This document shows positions 1 to 10,237 of a DNA stretch of 64,000 bases, piece by piece. The stretch comes from Gemmatimonas sp. (lineage in GTDB: Bacteria > Gemmatimonadota > Gemmatimonadetes > Gemmatimonadales > Gemmatimonadaceae). The position numbers and the translations under genes are program-made. Location of the stretch: assembly GCA_031414535.1 (NCBI GenBank), contig JANNVQ010000001.1:30744-94743 (forward strand), read 5' to 3'. The notes below the pieces were generated by a model. It ran no database searches. It was given only the letters and a program-made list of their open reading frames with translations, and had not been told where the DNA came from. How positions within the stretch are numbered: position 1 is the stretch's first letter; every line of letters starts with the position of its first letter.

Positions 1-105
1 GAGCTAGCCCTAGCCACCGCTCCCGGAATGTTGGTGGCCTTCAATGGCGACAAGCTCTAGCACGCGGTGGCGTACTTCGGCATTCGCGGAATCCTGTGCC
101 GCTGA
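1..105 (+). pseudogene. 3' remnant of a 2OG-Fe(II) oxygenase paralogous to 27950..28672, with an internal stop and a 36-codon deletion; truncated by the window edge
   Basis: Frame +1 reads ELALATAPGMLVAFNGDKL*HAVAYFGIRGILCR*, compared with DLALATSPGMLVAFNGDTLWHAV...(36 aa)...AYFGIRGILRR* in the intact gene; TAG at 58-60 replaces TGG. Confidence 0.85.
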
Positions 106-131
106 CGCAGAAGCACGGAACGCGTCGCTCG

Positions 132-1028
132 TCAACGCGTCGCGCCACCCACTGCAAGCCCTGCCATCCCGTTGCGCGGATCAAATGTCGAACCGGCAGG
201 CAGCACATGCATCTGCAGCCCCGAAGCGCCGAGCACCTGTCCCGTTGGCGTTATCGTTGCCGACCGCGCGTCGTAGATCACGACCGTGCTCGCGCCGCGC
301 ACGCTCCACGTACCGTCGGGATGCACCACGAGCGCCGTGGATTCGTCGATACCCACGCCAAGATGCGGCTCGCGCTCAAGCACGAGGCTGATCAGACGGT
401 TGTGCCGCTTCCGTCGCAGGAAATGTTGGTCGATGATGGCGTTGTCAATCAGCCCGAAGCCGCTGGTGGTGATGGTGTTGTCGCGCGCGATGGTGACCCA
501 CGAGAGCGTACTGTCGGAGCGCGGGCCGCCTGGCGTGCGCTCGTCACCCGTGAGCATCACCGTCGACATCACCGCGGCGCCGGCCGAGGTCCCGCCGATT
601 ACCGCTCCGGCGGCGAAGCGCGCATGGATTGCACGCTCGGTGGCCGTGGCGCGAATGACGTCCGCTAGACGGACCTGATCGCCGCCTCCGAACCAGACGC
701 CGGTCGCTCCGTCGAGCAGTCGCGCGACTGAGTCGGTCATCGCCTGCTCACGCGTAATCCAGACGTTCAGCGCCTGCGCACCGAGTCCACGCAGTTGCTC
801 AGCCTTCTCCTCACCGCCGGTCAGACCGGATGCACTCGCCATCGCGAACACGACGATGCGTGCCTTGCCACGACCGCCGGCGAGATTGACGAACTCCTGC
901 ACAAGGGCTGCGGGCTGTGGTCCGCCGCCGACGATGTAGAGGGTGCCGCGGCCTGCTGCGGATTGAGCGGCGAGTGGGGCCGCGGCGAGTGTGGCGAGGA
1001 GCAACAGGGTTTTGAGGAGTCTTTTCAT
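132..1028 (-). CDS. cphB: Cyanophycinase (peptidase S51) with a predicted signal peptide
   Basis: Motifs YIVGGG, FGGGDQ, GGTSAGA (catalytic Ser), IIDQHF..RKRHNRL and GVGIDE; N-terminus MKRLLKTLLLLATLAAAPLAAQ. Confidence 0.88.
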   Translation of the reverse strand: MKRLLKTLLLLATLAAAPLAAQSAAGRGTLYIVGGGPQPAALVQEFVNLAGGRGKARIVVFAMASASGLTGGEEKAEQLRGLGAQALNVWITREQAMTDSVARLLDGATGVWFGGGDQVRLADVIRATATERAIHARFAAGAVIGGTSAGAAVMSTVMLTGDERTPGGPRSDSTLSWVTIARDNTITTSGFGLIDNAIIDQHFLRRKRHNRLISLVLEREPHLGVGIDESTALVVHPDGTWSVRGASTVVIYDARSATITPTGQVLGASGLQMHVLPAGSTFDPRNGMAGLAVGGATR

Positions 1029-1181
1029 GACTCCGAAGATACGACGGATGGGCTGGCGTGGCGCCGCCTTCCGTGCGGGGGCCGTCTTGCCCTAGGGCAG
1101 GCCGTGTGCGCTTCCAACATTCTCTCTACATTTTTGGTGTACGGGAGCGCCGTATGTTATTTGCACAGGAGGGCGTGAGCC

Positions 1182-3029
1182 GTGCGAATTGCAAGCACTG
1201 TCTTCCATGTTCTGCAACGCAGGATGGTGTGCGTTGCGGCTGCGCTCCTCTTGGTCGTCTCGTGCAGCGAGCAGGCGACCCAAGTAATCGAACCGCCGCG
1301 GGAACCGCCCGGAGGCACGAGCGCGGCCGGGGTTTCAGTTGTCATACTTTCTGGCCATGGGCAATTAGGAGAGGCCGGGCAGCTGCTGGAGCAACCGATC
1401 AAGATTCGCGCGCTTGATCGGTCGGGTGAGCCCGTCCGCGGGGTGCGAGTTTACACACCCATCCGATGCGAACTTTTTTGGGCCGTTTGCCCGACTATTC
1501 CGGGAGTGGAGCAACTGCGAGTTGTTTCCGAGGTCGGTTTTGTCGCGACTGGCAGCGACGGTACTGCTGAGTTTCAGGTGCGGGCTCCTGATCGGTTCAG
1601 CGATTTTGCCGAGTACGAGGGGAGCGCTACATACAACAGGCTGGCCCTCAGCGGCGTCAGCGACTCCACCCGATGGTTGGACCTGGGTGTGAAGGTGCGC
1701 GCCGCTTCTCCGGTGCGCTCTGAGTGGATACGCCCCAGCACGCTTGATCTCGCCGAGGGAGAGGCAATCATTACACGGTTGCGCTATCTCGACGCTCTCG
1801 ACAACGAGATTCATCCGGCGAGGTATTCAATTCCAAGCGTAGCGGTCGCAGACCCCGTAAAGGCGACGGTGGCAGTTGCGAGGGGCGCGCAGACGGGCCT
1901 GCCTCCCTCGTGGGCCTCCGCGCGATTAGCAGTCGCGACGACCTCGTATGCCGATTGGATTCTGCTCACAGGACGAGCGGCCGGTGCCACGACCATGCTG
2001 ATCGATCACGCCACCGGGCCGAGAGGCTACCCTGTTCTCGTCCTCCCCCGAAGGCCTGTTGTGACAGAGCTTATACTGCCCGACTCCAACACAGGAGAAG
2101 CGTGGAAGCTACTCCGCGTGATGGCGCTACGGGATGCGGCAGTAGTCGTCGCGCGACGCGGCTCCTCGATTTACGCGATGCGTACTTTCGGGGACTCGTT
2201 GCGTATCATGTTTGGTCCTGTGCCGTTCAACGGAACGGAAAACGTGATCACGTCGTCCGCGCGCGGCGATACGGTCGCGTGGTCCTACGATCAGCAAGTG
2301 TTCGTCAGCCGCGACGGCGGGCGCGAGTGGACCATGCTCCCGAGCCCCCCATTCACCTTCTTCTCGGTGTCCGTGGAGCGCGGTGGCGAAGTGATTGCCG
2401 CCCGTGATCGCCCGTGGATGGTCAGCCGGACAAGCACCGGTACTTGGCAGACGGATACCCTCAGCGGGCCTCTTATGGCCTTCGAGTCAATCGGCACGTA
2501 TCTGTTCGCCAAAAGCGAATATGCGCAAGGAGAGGACCGCGTGAGGATGGACGGCCTCTATCGTCATCCACCACGGGAGGACGGCCTCCCCGACATCCGT
2601 ACCCCAATCACCGGATTCGCCCATCCAAAGGGTTACGCGTTTGCCGGCGACACGCTGCTTTTCGCAGCGCAGGAGTATCGCCTTGTTTGTAGAATCATCT
2701 TCGTCATGGCCCCGTGTACGCCCGGCGAGGAATCAGGACAACTGCAGGTAGTGGCGGGACTCCCCCGTTCTGAGGTGTTCGCAAGTGTGCCGCTCCCATC
2801 TGGGACGCAAGGTCACTGGCTTACTCAGGCCGGCGACGGGTCGACGGTCCTTGCTTCTTACTCCGAGGGATACTTCCGCAAAGGCAGCGGGTGGGAGTCG
2901 GTTTCACTCCCGAGGATCAACGGATCATCGAACACAGGAAGTTGGAGCACGTCGACCCTCGCATGGATCTTTGCCTCGGGCAATGTCTGGCGCGTTGAGC
3001 TTTCGTCAAACGAGCCGCGGAGTCCGTAA
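1182..3029 (+). CDS. Hypothetical lipoprotein with an Ig-like N-terminal part and a beta-propeller-like C-terminal part
   Basis: 615-aa ORF; lipobox-like LLLVVSC; SGHGQ.G..GQLL..PI Ig-like motif; one Asp-box (SRDGGREW). The start may be the ATG at 1224. Confidence 0.6.
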   Translation: MRIASTVFHVLQRRMVCVAAALLLVVSCSEQATQVIEPPREPPGGTSAAGVSVVILSGHGQLGEAGQLLEQPIKIRALDRSGEPVRGVRVYTPIRCELFWAVCPTIPGVEQLRVVSEVGFVATGSDGTAEFQVRAPDRFSDFAEYEGSATYNRLALSGVSDSTRWLDLGVKVRAASPVRSEWIRPSTLDLAEGEAIITRLRYLDALDNEIHPARYSIPSVAVADPVKATVAVARGAQTGLPPSWASARLAVATTSYADWILLTGRAAGATTMLIDHATGPRGYPVLVLPRRPVVTELILPDSNTGEAWKLLRVMALRDAAVVVARRGSSIYAMRTFGDSLRIMFGPVPFNGTENVITSSARGDTVAWSYDQQVFVSRDGGREWTMLPSPPFTFFSVSVERGGEVIAARDRPWMVSRTSTGTWQTDTLSGPLMAFESIGTYLFAKSEYAQGEDRVRMDGLYRHPPREDGLPDIRTPITGFAHPKGYAFAGDTLLFAAQEYRLVCRIIFVMAPCTPGEESGQLQVVAGLPRSEVFASVPLPSGTQGHWLTQAGDGSTVLASYSEGYFRKGSGWESVSLPRINGSSNTGSWSTSTLAWIFASGNVWRVELSSNEPRSP

Positions 3030-3094
3030 TAGCTGCAAGAAGCGAGGAGACCGTCCAAATCGTGCCGCAGTCCGAAGCGAAGTTCCAGCGTTCC

Positions 3095-6000
3095 TCAGCG
3101 TCCAGGTACCGGTACCGGCACCGGCGCAAGACCAAGGCGCCTGCGCAGAGTGTTCAGCGCCGGCAACTCCCGCGAGAGAATCCGTTCCCAAGCGGATTGC
3201 GCATCCGTGAGCCGCTTTGAGCTGGCCGCGAGAGCCGCAATCATACCAGCGTTCGGTGCGTGGTCCGCGTGGTCCTGCGCGTTCAATTGACTCGCGAAGG
3301 CGTCGTTCGCATCGCGAAACTTGCCGGCGAAAAGCCCACGCGAATCGGCACCGACAGCCGAGTCCATGGCGGTGCGAAGTGTGTTGATTGCCGTTGCGAC
3401 TTCAGGCGCTGCCCCAGCTGACGCGGCGCTCAGGTCGGCGCGTAGCGCGTTGACCTGCGTCTGCCCTTCGTGTGAACTGCGCAAGCCAGCGACGAGCTGC
3501 ATCTGCAGCGCATGCTGTGCGGACAACTCCGAAGAGGCTGCCTTAGAGCGCGGGTCGTTGCGAACAGTGACTTGGCTTGAGCGCGTGCTGCCGTTTGCCG
3601 TGATGCGGAGCGTGTAAGTACCGGGCAACGCGAGCGGTCCCTCTGGCGTCGCGGGCGTCCTGCCGGCATTCGCACTGATGGGGTAGCTGTGCGCGAATGC
3701 CAATGGAGCGTCGTGCCGGAGATTCCAATTCACGCGATGATGGCCTGCACTCGCCGGCAAGGACTTGGGCACTTCGATCCAGAAGTCCGGGAAAGACGGC
3801 CGCGTCGCTTCGCTCACGAGCGCCTGCGCATCGCTCGAGAACCGCCGCACGACAGTGCCGCTCGCGTCGAGCACGTCGAGCGTGACGCGGGCAGCGGCGG
3901 CGCCAAGCCAATAATCGATGATGACGCCATCGAGCGCGTTCTCGGCGTGCGGAATATCAGGCGGGAGCGGAGTGCCGTCGTTGGTGTTGCGCCGTACGCG
4001 AGTAGAAAGCCCCGGCGTGAAGATGTGCACCGGCGCCGCGGCGATGGCTGCGGTCATCTGTCGCAGCGCGGAGATGTCATCAAGCACCCAGAGGCCGCGT
4101 CCGTGCGTGGCGATGACGAGATCGTTGTCCTTCACCAACAAATCGCGGACCGGCGTGTTCGGCAGGTCAAGCGCCAGCGACTGCCACGAGTCGCCATCGT
4201 TGAACGAGACGTAGATGCTGCTCTCGGTTCCGGCGAAGAGCAGACCGGCTGTGACAGGGTCCGGACGCACGACTCGCGCAAAGCTGCCACTCGCTTCGTC
4301 CGTCGGCATGCCCACCACAATCTTCGTCCACGTGCGCCCGTAGTCCCTTGTTCTATAGATATAGGGCGTGTGGTCGCCAACGCGCAGCAATTCCACGGCG
4401 GCGTAGGCCGTGCCCGCCGTGTGCGGCGATGGCTCAATGGACGAGATGTTGGCACGAGTGCGCGACGCGAGCCCGGGAATGCTCACATCGCGCCAGTTCG
4501 CGCCGTGGTCGCGCGTGACGTGAATCAAACCGTTGTCCGTGCCGACCCAGATTTCGCCGGGCGACTTGGAGGACGCCGCCATTGATTCGATGCTGCCTCG
4601 TCCACCCGGCGTGCGTGCGGCGGTTGCGGAGTCCATATCGGCGGCGACGCCGAGTTCGGGACTCAGGCGAGTCCAGTGCGCGCCTTGATCGTTGGTGGAG
4701 ACGACGTAGTTGAGTCCGGCAAACAGCAAGCGCTGATTCCACGGTGCCCAGACCACTGGCAATGAACTCGTCCATCGCGCGCTGGCCGCAGGATCAATCG
4801 CTGGGCTCACATCAATGAACTGATCCGCGGGATAGGTGATTTTCACGACACCCGTACCAGTCGAATACACCGTGTTGGGATCGAGCGGGTCCACGACGAT
4901 GCTGCCCCATTCCCATCCGTTCACGGGATTCCAATCGAACATCGTGATGGCGCCGTAGTTGCCGCGGCTGCGCGTACGAATTGCGCCCGCGTCCTGCTGC
5001 GTGGCGTACACCCAGTACGGGAATGAGTTGTCGGCCGCGAGATGGTAGAGTTGCTCTGTGGACTGGTTGTACCATGATGTCCACGTCGCGCCAGCGTCGA
5101 GTGAGATAGTCGCGCCTTGGTCGAGCCCCATCAGGATTCGGCGACCATCGGTGGGATCGATCCACAATTGTTGCGGGTCATCCCCGCCGGGCGCGCCCTT
5201 GATGCCGGTAAACGTGCGGCCGCCGTCCGTGGATTTGTACGCGGCCGTGTTGATGGTGTAGACGAGATCGGGGTTCTTGGGATCAACGTACACGCCACAG
5301 CTGTACCCGCCCTGTCCATTGCGGATGCGCTCGTCATCGGCGGCCATCTGCCGCCACGTTGCACCGCCGTCATCGGAACGGTAGAGCGCGGTGTTCGTAA
5401 TGAGATAGACACGCTGCGCGTTGGTGCCCATCGCGACGGCAGCGCAGGTGCGGCCTTCGAGCGCCGGCATTCCACTTCCGTCGAGTCGGGTCCAGGTTAC
5501 GCCAGCATCGCGAGACTTCCAGATAGCCGAACGCGTGGCGCTGGTGTCTCCAGCCATCCGCGCGGTTCCGAATTGCCACGAGCGATACTTGCCGACGGAG
5601 TATCCTGGTGGCGTGTGATGCCGTACGGTGGTGGCGAAGATGACGTCGGGCGCATCGAAGGCGCGAGCTAATCTCGCGATGCCGGTTTGATCGTCCACGT
5701 AGAGCGTCCGGCTCCACGTGCGACCGCCATCCGTACTGCGAAACACACCGCGTTGATTGTTGGCGTTGATGTGATCTCCGAGCGCGCCAACGAGCACGAC
5801 GTCCGCTGAGCGCGGATCTACTAGAAGCGACTGGATGTGCCGAGTGCCTTGGAGACCGATGGACCGCCACGTCACTCCCGCGTCCGTGCTCTTGTACATC
5901 CCGTTGCCTTGATCGAGCGTACCGCCCGTGATCATGTCACCCGTGCCGACGTACACGATGTTCGGATCCGACGGTGCCACCTCGACAGCGCCAATGGACG

Positions 6001-6304
6001 AAGCTTCGCGCACCGCGTCGAACACGGGGGACCAGACCTGTCCCCCGCTGGTGGTCTTCCACAAGCCGCCACCGGGAAAGCCCGCATAGTACGTGCCCGG
6101 AGAGCCAACGACCCCAGTGACCGCGCTCACCCGCCCTGCGCGGAATGGACCAAGGTTACGCCACGAGAGATTGGCGAAGAGTCGCGGGTCGATCGTCGGG
6201 GACTGCGCGACCGTCTCGAGCAGCGGCAACGCGAGCAGCAAGAATTGCGCGGCAACGAGCGCAACATGGCGCAGGGCGGGACGGGGACGCGACACACTGG
6301 ACAT
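3095..6304 (-). CDS. Secreted VPS10/sortilin-like BNR-repeat protein
   Basis: WRNLGPFRAGRV, many S-x-D-x-G-x-T-W Asp-boxes and ATHGRGLWVLD; start moved to the ATG at 6304, ahead of a signal peptide. Confidence 0.85.
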   Translation of the reverse strand: MSSVSRPRPALRHVALVAAQFLLLALPLLETVAQSPTIDPRLFANLSWRNLGPFRAGRVSAVTGVVGSPGTYYAGFPGGGLWKTTSGGQVWSPVFDAVREASSIGAVEVAPSDPNIVYVGTGDMITGGTLDQGNGMYKSTDAGVTWRSIGLQGTRHIQSLLVDPRSADVVLVGALGDHINANNQRGVFRSTDGGRTWSRTLYVDDQTGIARLARAFDAPDVIFATTVRHHTPPGYSVGKYRSWQFGTARMAGDTSATRSAIWKSRDAGVTWTRLDGSGMPALEGRTCAAVAMGTNAQRVYLITNTALYRSDDGGATWRQMAADDERIRNGQGGYSCGVYVDPKNPDLVYTINTAAYKSTDGGRTFTGIKGAPGGDDPQQLWIDPTDGRRILMGLDQGATISLDAGATWTSWYNQSTEQLYHLAADNSFPYWVYATQQDAGAIRTRSRGNYGAITMFDWNPVNGWEWGSIVVDPLDPNTVYSTGTGVVKITYPADQFIDVSPAIDPAASARWTSSLPVVWAPWNQRLLFAGLNYVVSTNDQGAHWTRLSPELGVAADMDSATAARTPGGRGSIESMAASSKSPGEIWVGTDNGLIHVTRDHGANWRDVSIPGLASRTRANISSIEPSPHTAGTAYAAVELLRVGDHTPYIYRTRDYGRTWTKIVVGMPTDEASGSFARVVRPDPVTAGLLFAGTESSIYVSFNDGDSWQSLALDLPNTPVRDLLVKDNDLVIATHGRGLWVLDDISALRQMTAAIAAAPVHIFTPGLSTRVRRNTNDGTPLPPDIPHAENALDGVIIDYWLGAAAARVTLDVLDASGTVVRRFSSDAQALVSEATRPSFPDFWIEVPKSLPASAGHHRVNWNLRHDAPLAFAHSYPISANAGRTPATPEGPLALPGTYTLRITANGSTRSSQVTVRNDPRSKAASSELSAQHALQMQLVAGLRSSHEGQTQVNALRADLSAASAGAAPEVATAINTLRTAMDSAVGADSRGLFAGKFRDANDAFASQLNAQDHADHAPNAGMIAALAASSKRLTDAQSAWERILSRELPALNTLRRRLGLAPVPVPVPGR

Positions 6305-6450
6305 CGGAATTTCCTGATGAAGTGACGAACCCGGGCGCGACGGGAGCATGTAGATAGGGTATTCAGCGGATGGCGAACATAGCACATCTGCGCCAAGCTG
6401 GTGTACGAACCTTCGACTTCGCACCCAAGCTCGGCGCACTCCCTACTCAC

Positions 6451-7047
6451 ATGTTACGCTCACTCCCGCTGGCCATCGCAATCTTTGCAGCCGCGCTCGT
6501 GACGACGCCCACCGTCGCACAGACGCCGCCGGATTTGCCAGAGGGTGCGCGAATCCGAATCAAGCTCCTCAGCCCAATCCTGGCAGCGCGGAAGCCGGAG
6601 ACGACGAACGGCATAGCCACCATTCACCGCACGGACACCGACTCGATTGCGTTTCAGCTCACCGGCTCAGACGTGGTACGCGTCGTGCCCTGGGGGCAGG
6701 TGCAGGAGTTGTATCTGAGTGAAGGGAGACGCCCCTTCAGGGTGGCCGAGCGCCTTGGCTTCGCTGCCGCTTTCACCTTCGTCGGCGCGCTTGCGGGCTA
6801 TGACTGGTGGCACACGTGCAACGACCCAGAGTCGGATGTGATTTGGAGCTGCATCGTCGCCCCGCGTCGCCTCGGGACCTCAGTCCGCTTCGGCACCTGG
6901 ACGGGGCTCACCATAGGCGCCCTCACTGCGCTGGGGATTCGCGATGCCGAGCAGTGGCACCCTGTCCTTCACACTCATCGCCCAACGTTGCTCATTGGTC
7001 TCCAAGCTCGCAGCGGCCTAAGGATCGGGGTCAACTTCCGGTTCTGA
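6451..7047 (+). CDS. Hypothetical exported/membrane protein
   Basis: Signal peptide MLRSLPLAIAIFAAALVTTPTVAQ, two hydrophobic segments and a C-terminal Phe. Confidence 0.55.
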   Translation: MLRSLPLAIAIFAAALVTTPTVAQTPPDLPEGARIRIKLLSPILAARKPETTNGIATIHRTDTDSIAFQLTGSDVVRVVPWGQVQELYLSEGRRPFRVAERLGFAAAFTFVGALAGYDWWHTCNDPESDVIWSCIVAPRRLGTSVRFGTWTGLTIGALTALGIRDAEQWHPVLHTHRPTLLIGLQARSGLRIGVNFRF

Positions 7048-7083
7048 CCCCGCACTAGGCCGCTGGAGCTGGCGTCGAACTAA

Positions 7084-10000
7084 TCAATCCATCCGCGGCA
7101 CAGGCCCAATCGCGCGGTCGAGCGCCGCCTTGGCGTCATCAAGCTCCTTCCGCAGCACATCCGCCCGCTCCAACGCATCGCGACCAACCTTCTGGTCTAC
7201 TCGCGTCGTCATGCTCGACAAATACTGAATGTGCGCCTGCAAGCCAGGCTTGCCATAGCGCACCGGCTGCGTAAGCAGCTGGCCGCGCAGCACCGTCCGC
7301 ACCTTCGCCAGCGAGTCGGCTGCCGAAGCTCCAGCCGCAGCCAACCGAGTCTCCGCCTCACGCGCGCGAGCAATCACCGCATTGACCTCGGCCACCATAT
7401 CACGCATGCGCACATTGTGCGTGAACTGTTCCTGCAGGTCAGCCGCGGTGTAACCCTCGGCGGCGAGACGCGGGTCAATGTCCACGCGGAGCGGCACCGT
7501 CTTGGTTTGCCCGCCTACGGACACCGTCACCATGTAGTCGCCCGGTGGCGCACCGAATCCGTTCTGATGCTGCACGCCCCAAGTGAATCGGTTGAAGCCG
7601 GCGTTCGCAGTGACCAAGTTGAGCACCGGAGCATCGAGCGCCGGGCCGGCACGTCCCACCATCATCGCCTGCTCTGCCTCCTCTTCGGCGTCGGCTGGCC
7701 GCCGACCGCGCGATGGTGCCGGTGGTAGCACGCCACTCTTGTAGCGGTTCACTACCTGCCCGCGCGCATCACGAATCTCAATCCGTACGGTATCGCCAGG
7801 CGCGGCTGCAAGATGATAGTCCACCTGAGGACCAAAGAACTGCGCCGTTACGCCCGTGGTGCGCACGCCCGCGCGCGGCGTGTACACGTGCAGCGCCTCG
7901 CTGTGCGTCGTGGCGGCGAGCGTGTGCAGCGCGGACAGGTTGTGTAGGATCCAGTTACCACGCCCCTGCGTGGCGACAATGAGATCCTTGTTATGCACTA
8001 GAATCTGATTGATTGGGATCTGCGGCATGTTCAGGTTGAACGGCTGCCAGCTCGTGCCATTGTTGAACGAGATGAAGAGGCCGAACTCCGTGCCAGCGTA
8101 GAGCAAGCCTTCACGATTGGGATCCTCACGCACCACACGAGTGGGCGTATCGCCCGAGATACCGTTGCTCCCGTTGGTGAGCTTCGTCCACGTGGCCCCG
8201 TAGTCATCGGTGCGATAGATATAGGGCGCGTAATCTCCCAAGAGATAGCGATAGGTCGCGAAGTACGCCGAGCCACGACGATGCGGCGAGGCCTCAATCC
8301 ACGCGACGCGGCCACCCTTCTCAAGATCCTTGGGCGTGATGTCAGTCCAGGTCTTGCCACCGTCGCGCGTGATGTGGAAGGGGCCGTCGTTGGCGCCGGT
8401 CCAGATCACGCCCGCCTCGTGCGGCGATTCAGTGATGGCGTAGAGCGTGCTGTAGAACTCTTCTCCCGTCACGTCACGCGTGATGGGTTCACCGCTTGCG
8501 CCCTGACGATGATCCTGCGGGTACCACGTGAGATCAGGAGAGATGCGCTCCCAGGTCACGCCCTTGTCGCGCGTACGATGCACGTACTGCGTGCCATAGT
8601 AGAGCACCGACGGATCGTGCGGCGACAGCGCCATCGGCGATGTGCGCTGAATGCGATAGATCAGATCTTGACCGGCGTTGCCGTAGAGCGACTGGCCGCC
8701 AATCCAATAGTTGCGCGTCTGACGCGTCTCGGTGTTCATCACCGCGAACTGACCCTTGCAAGAGCCATAAATCACGTTTGGCTCTGAAGGATGCGGAATG
8801 ATTGGGCCCGTCTCGCATCCGGGGCCGGTCTGCAAGGCCGCAGGATCATAGGGATTGGCGACACTTGACCACATCCAAGTGCTGTTGTCCTGTTGCGCCG
8901 AGTAGAGGTTGTACGGGAAGCGATTGTCCGGCACCACGCCGTAAAACTCGGCGGTGGGCTGATTGCGTTGCGTAGACCAGGTGCGGCCACCATCAAACGA
9001 CACGTTGGCACCGCCATCGTTGGACTGCACCATCGTTTGCCCGTTGGTCGGGTTAATCCAGATGTCGTGATTGTCGCCATGCGGCGTTGGGAATGCCGTC
9101 ATCGTGCGTCCACCATCGGTGGACTTATAGAATCCTTCGGCGCCGGCGTACACGACGTCAGCGTTGGTGGGATCGGCACCGAGCGAGGTGTAATAGAACG
9201 GCCGCGTGATGAGCCCCGGCGTGGTGTTCACGACTTGCCACGTGGCTCCAGCATCGTCGGAGCGATACAAACCACCGCCCGGCTCGGCTTCCACGAGTAG
9301 ATAGAGGCGCTCGGGATTTGCTGCCGTGACTGCAATGTTGCCCTTACCGATGAGTCCGGCGGGGAGACCGCGTCCGGTCTTACGGAAGGTCATGCCACCA
9401 TCAGTGCTCTTATAGAAACCGCCCTCACGCGATCCCGAGATAATCGTCCACGGCTTGCGCTCGAGACGAGCCATCCACGCATACACGGTGTTTGGGTCAC
9501 CCGGCTTGAGCTCAACGTCAGACGCGCCAGTGCTGTCATTCAGGTAGAGCGTCTTACGCCAGGTGCGGCCGGCGTCGGTGGTCTTGAAGATGCCGCGCTC
9601 GGTGTTGCGCTTGAACACATCGCCGGTGGCAGAGACCCAGGCGGTGTTGGGATCCGTAGGATGCACGCGCAGGGAGCCAATCTGCCCAGCATTGTAGAGG
9701 CCAGCGAAGCTCCAGCTTTCTCCAGCGTTCGTGCTGCGATACACTCCGCGGCCCGTGGACACATTACTGCGTGCGCCATCGGAGCCGGTGCCGAGCCAAA
9801 TCACATTGGGATCACTCTCGGCGACGGTGATGGCACCCATGGAGCCGAGCGGAATCTTCCCGTCCGTGATGGGTTGCCAATTTTCGCCGCCGTCAGTGGT
9901 GCGAAAGAGTCCGCCGCTGGCCACGCCCATATAGAATGTGCGCGGCTGCGAGGGTACACCGGTTACGGTCGTGACGCGACCGCCCACCGAATGGCCAGCG

Positions 10001-10152
10001 TGGCGGAACTGCATGCCAGCGAACGAAGCGGGATTGATCATTGGGGCCGGAGCAGCACTCGCGGGCGTTGCCCGGGACGCACGCTGCGCCGAGAGCGACG
10101 CAGCGGTGCACAGCGCCAAGGTGAGGGACGCGGTGAGGGTTCTGCCGATCAT
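7084..10152 (-). CDS. Secreted VPS10/sortilin-like BNR-repeat protein
   Basis: GGRVTTVTGV, Asp-box repeats, PHGDNHDIWINP and ATQGRGNWIL; signal peptide from the ATG at 10152. Confidence 0.85.
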   Translation of the reverse strand: MIGRTLTASLTLALCTAASLSAQRASRATPASAAPAPMINPASFAGMQFRHAGHSVGGRVTTVTGVPSQPRTFYMGVASGGLFRTTDGGENWQPITDGKIPLGSMGAITVAESDPNVIWLGTGSDGARSNVSTGRGVYRSTNAGESWSFAGLYNAGQIGSLRVHPTDPNTAWVSATGDVFKRNTERGIFKTTDAGRTWRKTLYLNDSTGASDVELKPGDPNTVYAWMARLERKPWTIISGSREGGFYKSTDGGMTFRKTGRGLPAGLIGKGNIAVTAANPERLYLLVEAEPGGGLYRSDDAGATWQVVNTTPGLITRPFYYTSLGADPTNADVVYAGAEGFYKSTDGGRTMTAFPTPHGDNHDIWINPTNGQTMVQSNDGGANVSFDGGRTWSTQRNQPTAEFYGVVPDNRFPYNLYSAQQDNSTWMWSSVANPYDPAALQTGPGCETGPIIPHPSEPNVIYGSCKGQFAVMNTETRQTRNYWIGGQSLYGNAGQDLIYRIQRTSPMALSPHDPSVLYYGTQYVHRTRDKGVTWERISPDLTWYPQDHRQGASGEPITRDVTGEEFYSTLYAITESPHEAGVIWTGANDGPFHITRDGGKTWTDITPKDLEKGGRVAWIEASPHRRGSAYFATYRYLLGDYAPYIYRTDDYGATWTKLTNGSNGISGDTPTRVVREDPNREGLLYAGTEFGLFISFNNGTSWQPFNLNMPQIPINQILVHNKDLIVATQGRGNWILHNLSALHTLAATTHSEALHVYTPRAGVRTTGVTAQFFGPQVDYHLAAAPGDTVRIEIRDARGQVVNRYKSGVLPPAPSRGRRPADAEEEAEQAMMVGRAGPALDAPVLNLVTANAGFNRFTWGVQHQNGFGAPPGDYMVTVSVGGQTKTVPLRVDIDPRLAAEGYTAADLQEQFTHNVRMRDMVAEVNAVIARAREAETRLAAAGASAADSLAKVRTVLRGQLLTQPVRYGKPGLQAHIQYLSSMTTRVDQKVGRDALERADVLRKELDDAKAALDRAIGPVPRMD

Positions 10153-10237
10153 CACAAGGTCTCGCTTTGGGAAGGGTGCAAACAACGCTATGAGAAATTA
10201 CGCAGATAAACGCAGAGTGTTGGTACGGAACACCGAC

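Noticed and set aside
6390..6437. Imperfect inverted repeat in a divergent promoter region
   Set aside because: Mismatched stem, no U-tract and no second copy noticed
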